Assembly (NCBI RefSeq): GCF_006345805.1
Contig: NC_043008.1
Span: 62,124,001-62,188,000 of the forward strand
Source of the DNA: Octopus sinensis
Lineage: Eukaryota
Length of the DNA: 64,000 nucleotides
Reading direction: 5' to 3'
Positions within the stretch are counted from its first letter, which is position 1. Every line of letters starts with the position of its first letter. Both the position numbers and the translations under genes were made by a program. This document shows positions 63,380-64,000 of this stretch, piece by piece. The notes under the pieces are model-generated. The model was not told the DNA's origin. It saw only the letters and a program-made list of their open reading frames with translations, and did not search any database.

Positions 63380-64000
63380 ACCACTTCCATAGCTTCATTG
63401 TTTGTAAGGTCTCATAGGGTTTATTATAGGTAAGGTCAGTCATAATTATTGAGACCCATTCACTGTTGTATTCTCTGTTTGAGTGTCACATAACGAATTA
63501 TACCCTTCATTGATCACCAATTATCAAACACGTATCTAAAACTATAGTATGCAACTTGCTCTTCCTTTTTTATGATAGTGGCATATAAACTGAGTGAAAT
63601 CTGACTGTTATTTCTAGTAAGTTAACTTACCCTATCAAGGCTCTCTCACAGACTTGTGAGAAAGTGTTACTGTTGTTCAACCCTTGATTAGCCCTGATAA
63701 AGACAGTTAGGGTTAAATTGAGGAAAATTTGGTTGTTTATTTAGCAGATGAGGCAACCCTGTAAGGTTGTTATGAGCAGGTGGAATAGTAGCCGGAATAG
63801 AGATTGAAAAACTAATATTTAGAGATGGCTGGTCAGCAATGACCTAAAAAGGTGAAGATTAACAGAAGAAATGATCAGAATCGATTTAGTGTCATTTTAT
63901 AGATTTAACGTATCTAAGCTAGCATAGCTGTCATTATAATGTGTATTATTATTTCGTAACGATACGAGGAAAAATATTTATCCAATGATACTAAAAGTTT

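Overview
AT-rich, repeat-saturated eukaryotic DNA, most likely intronic or intergenic sequence of an octopus (coleoid cephalopod). The taxon is inferred from the repeat families and microsatellite load, not proven. There is no bacterial-type content, CRISPR array, rRNA or intact tRNA. The window is dominated by: (i) at least four tRNA-headed SINE families, labelled here A, B, D and E; (ii) many 5'-truncated 3' ends of an RTE-type LINE with (GAT)n tails, labelled C; (iii) BovB/RTE reverse-transcriptase fossils; (iv) decayed Tc1/mariner transposons, TA-flanked and TTAA-flanked MITEs, and a DINE/Helentron-like element; (v) long simple and compound microsatellites. Almost every ORF in the supplied track comes from these repeats. 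I could reconstruct one phase-compatible chain of small minus-strand exons (1639-1657, 6319-6368, 9428-9484, more tentatively 15489-15522, 16821-16899 and 34386-34410). It encodes a small Cys-rich protein with a hydrophobic C-terminus (tetraspanin-like or GPI-anchored Ly6-like) and is unconfirmed. The most unusual structure directly visible is SINE modularity: one head carrying three unrelated tails, and a family that grows by internal tandem multimerisation. All coordinates were counted by hand; repeat boundaries are approximate to about 10 bp unless a TSD or TIR fixes them.
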